A stretch of 60,968 nt of DNA, counting the filler. It is 7 parts of 7 records of this genome, joined end to end, with 100 filler letters (N's around TTAATTAATTAA, not from the genome) between each part and the next. Parts side by side here need not be neighbours in the genome. Positions count along the whole stretch, not along the records: positions 54,015 to 60,968 come from SRR20825006_3037; 6 more parts are not named here. The stretch is one strand, 5' to 3'. Below, one piece after another: positions 59,424 to 60,968 of this stretch (within the stretch, counting starts at the first letter, position 1; each line of letters opens with the position of its first letter). The notes below the pieces were generated by a model that made no database searches, had not been told where the DNA came from, and was given only the letters and a program-made list of their open reading frames with translations. The position numbers and the translations under genes are program-made.

Positions 59424-59883
59424 GGAGGACCTCCTGTTTGGTTCCGTCGGGTCGGTGCAGGTAAAGCGCTGATCCCGAGTTGGTTTCGTGGGTCATGGTG
59501 TCGTAGAGGGTCAGGCTGCGGCGGATGACCTCGCCGTAGCCTTCTGCTTCAGAAAGCCTGACCACATCGTCCATGCGTTCGATGATCTCCTCGTTGAAGT
59601 GGAGAACTACTGTGCAGCCCTTCGGTACCGCGCCCCAAGTTCCCTGCGTGGCACCACCAAACAGAGACGAGAGCTTGCGCTGCACCCTCTTCAACGCTCG
59701 CTTCAAGGCGCTGGGTTCATAAGGTTCGAGTTGAGCTGGCGCCAGGCTCAGAGGAACAAGCACCGTGGCACCATCATCGTTCTCTTCGAGGATGACATAC
59801 GCCTCGCTCACCCTGATGACGGTGTACGGCGTACCCGGCCTATCGACGAACTCGTAGGTCTCTCCAACAGCTGGATCTTTCAT
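59413..59883 (-). CDS. Phage protein with C-terminal ribbon-helix-helix-like domain
   Basis: VVLHFNEEIIERMDDV...GEVIRRSLTLY...RPDGTKQEV; start MKDPAV at an ATGA overlap. Confidence 0.65.
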   Translation of the reverse strand: MKDPAVGETYEFVDRPGTPYTVIRVSEAYVILEENDDGATVLVPLSLAPAQLEPYEPSALKRALKRVQRKLSSLFGGATQGTWGAVPKGCTVVLHFNEEIIERMDDVVRLSEAEGYGEVIRRSLTLYDTMTHETNSGSALYLHRPDGTKQEVLLVF

Positions 59884-60062
59884 CGCTTCTCGTCCTCCTC
59901 GTAAGGCTCCCATCCCTGCTCGAACAGCGGGCGGCCCTGCCAGTAATGCTTGCCTCGAGGCTCTTCGGAGAGCGCCACGAGTGTGTGCTGGATGTTGCGC
60001 AGGTAACGCACGACGCGCCTGTCCGATTTGAGCCTGTAACGCTTGCCAACCTCGAGCTTCAC
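59880..60062 (-). CDS. Small hypothetical phage protein
   Basis: MKLEVGKRYRL; AGGAGG RBS; coupled on both sides. Confidence 0.65.
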   Translation of the reverse strand: MKLEVGKRYRLKSDRRVVRYLRNIQHTLVALSEEPRGKHYWQGRPLFEQGWEPYEEDEKR

Positions 60063-60754
60063 GAAGACCTCCTGTCACGCCAACGCTCGGCGGCCTCGCG
60101 CGCCTCGCGCTTTAACCCTTCGGGGTCCTCGAACTCCATGAAATTGCCACCGAAAGCACCCTCGAAACAGTTGTCGGGGTGGAAGCCAAAGCCCTGACCG
60201 CCGATGTCGAGCACCACGAAGTCGCCTTTGACATGGTTGGTAAACATCTCGATCGGCACGCCTGTGGGGCGAAGCTCTCGGATAAGCTCGAAGGCTTGCT
60301 CCAAGTGCACGACGGCACCGCGCCGTGTCTCCCACGTCACGATGTCGGGATCTTCCAGGTCCTCGAGTCGTGTCGTCCTGGCCATCAGCACCACGCGCTC
60401 CTCGCCGGAGTCGAGGTGTTTGATGACGCGGCCATCGAGCACCTGGCGATCGTTCTTAAACAGGATGCCCTCGAGGGCATCGCTGACGACCTTGCCGTAA
60501 TTGTCCCAGTCGCCGTGGGAGGCGAAGTCGGGGAGGTAGACATGGAGCTCGAGGCAGACCCAGGCATCACCCCAGTTCGGGCATCGCTCGAGGCCGAAAT
60601 AATCACGGAGCGTCTTCTTGTGCGCGCTGTACGCCTTGGTGTTGGTGCGCTTTTTACCGCTGGCGGTGCGCTTCCAGGATTTGAGGCGCAGAGGCAATTC
60701 ACACGTCCAGACGCGCGCCTCCTCCCCCTCCTCTTTTTTCTCTTTGCTGCTCAT
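60059..60754 (-). CDS. rusA: RusA family Holliday junction resolvase with C-terminal extension
   Basis: GDWDNYGKVVSDALEGILFKNDRQV catalytic motif. Confidence 0.82.
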   Translation of the reverse strand: MSSKEKKEEGEEARVWTCELPLRLKSWKRTASGKKRTNTKAYSAHKKTLRDYFGLERCPNWGDAWVCLELHVYLPDFASHGDWDNYGKVVSDALEGILFKNDRQVLDGRVIKHLDSGEERVVLMARTTRLEDLEDPDIVTWETRRGAVVHLEQAFELIRELRPTGVPIEMFTNHVKGDFVVLDIGGQGFGFHPDNCFEGAFGGNFMEFEDPEGLKREAREAAERWRDRRSS

Positions 60755-60968
60755 GCCGCGAATAACCTCAGCTGTTCCGGTCTATCGTTCTCGGTGACGA
60801 GCAAGGGGATACGCCCGATCTTCTTGAACACGCGCACGAACTTGCCGGGGTGCTCTCCGAAGTAAATCACCGCGGAAGCATGCGGTGCGCCGTGGCCGCC
60901 GTCCTCACGCCAGAAGTTGACGCGACCCCTGGGAAAACACACCACGCGGTCCCAGAGCGGCTCGAACC
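60751..60968 (-). CDS. Phage DNA N6-adenine methyltransferase (Dam-like), C-terminal fragment
   Basis: FEPLWDRVVCFPRGRVNF...APHASAVIYFG...FVRVF matches the phage Dam C-terminus. Confidence 0.75.
   Translation of the reverse strand, partial: FEPLWDRVVCFPRGRVNFWREDGGHGAPHASAVIYFGEHPGKFVRVFKKIGRIPLLVTENDRPEQLRLFAA

Larger units (their letters stand above)
54015..60968 (-). mobile_element. Phage or prophage early/middle gene region
   Basis: About 18 short co-oriented ORFs, many with ATGA/GTGA/TGATG overlaps; Dam-like methylase, RusA and HAD_SAK; no host housekeeping genes. Confidence 0.8.

Overview
The window is not one locus. It is seven unrelated assembly fragments joined by 100-nt N spacers that each carry a TTAATTAATTAA all-frame stop. 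(1) 1-10278, Rhodobacteraceae: beta-oxidation cluster (thioesterases, two MerR/LiuR-like regulators, acyl-CoA dehydrogenase, GST, thiolase, FadB/FadJ) with an inserted MntX-type Mn transporter and a Mur-like box. (2) 10379-28522, Myxococcota/Bradymonadales-like: lipid genes, an HhH-methyltransferase fusion, two tandem zinc-ribbon/GYF-like/TM/TPR proteins, atpZIBE, gyrA and an ECF sigma. (3) 28623-35081, Rhodopirellula-like: fabF, hisD, GT-C membrane protein, M32 peptidase, repeats at both ends. (4) 35182-40593, alphaproteobacterium: LysR, AhpD-like, PNPOx-like, HPP, ggt, tRNA-Glu(CTC), a glycosyltransferase-like gene and a second tRNA-Glu 3' end. (5) 40694-46235, Rhodobacteraceae: a structured noncoding region, ZitP-like zinc ribbon, ftsEX, plsC, lpdA. 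(6) 46336-53914, Flavobacteriaceae: guaB, Skp, three PPIases, MoxR, aconitase. (7) 54015-60968: a tightly coupled phage-like operon (Dam-like methylase, RusA, HAD_SAK, many orphans). The best leads are a possible phage RNA-binding module (CsrA-like protein plus two paralogous Arg-rich zinc mini-proteins, one missed by the ORF track), the HhH-zinc ribbon-methyltransferase fusion, the tandem zinc-ribbon proteins with repeated Thr motifs, and a noncoding element at 41330-41430 with paired TTGTAC-N11-GAATATGTAC repeats around two competing hairpins. Taxonomy and family calls come from recognising motifs by eye; no searches were run.
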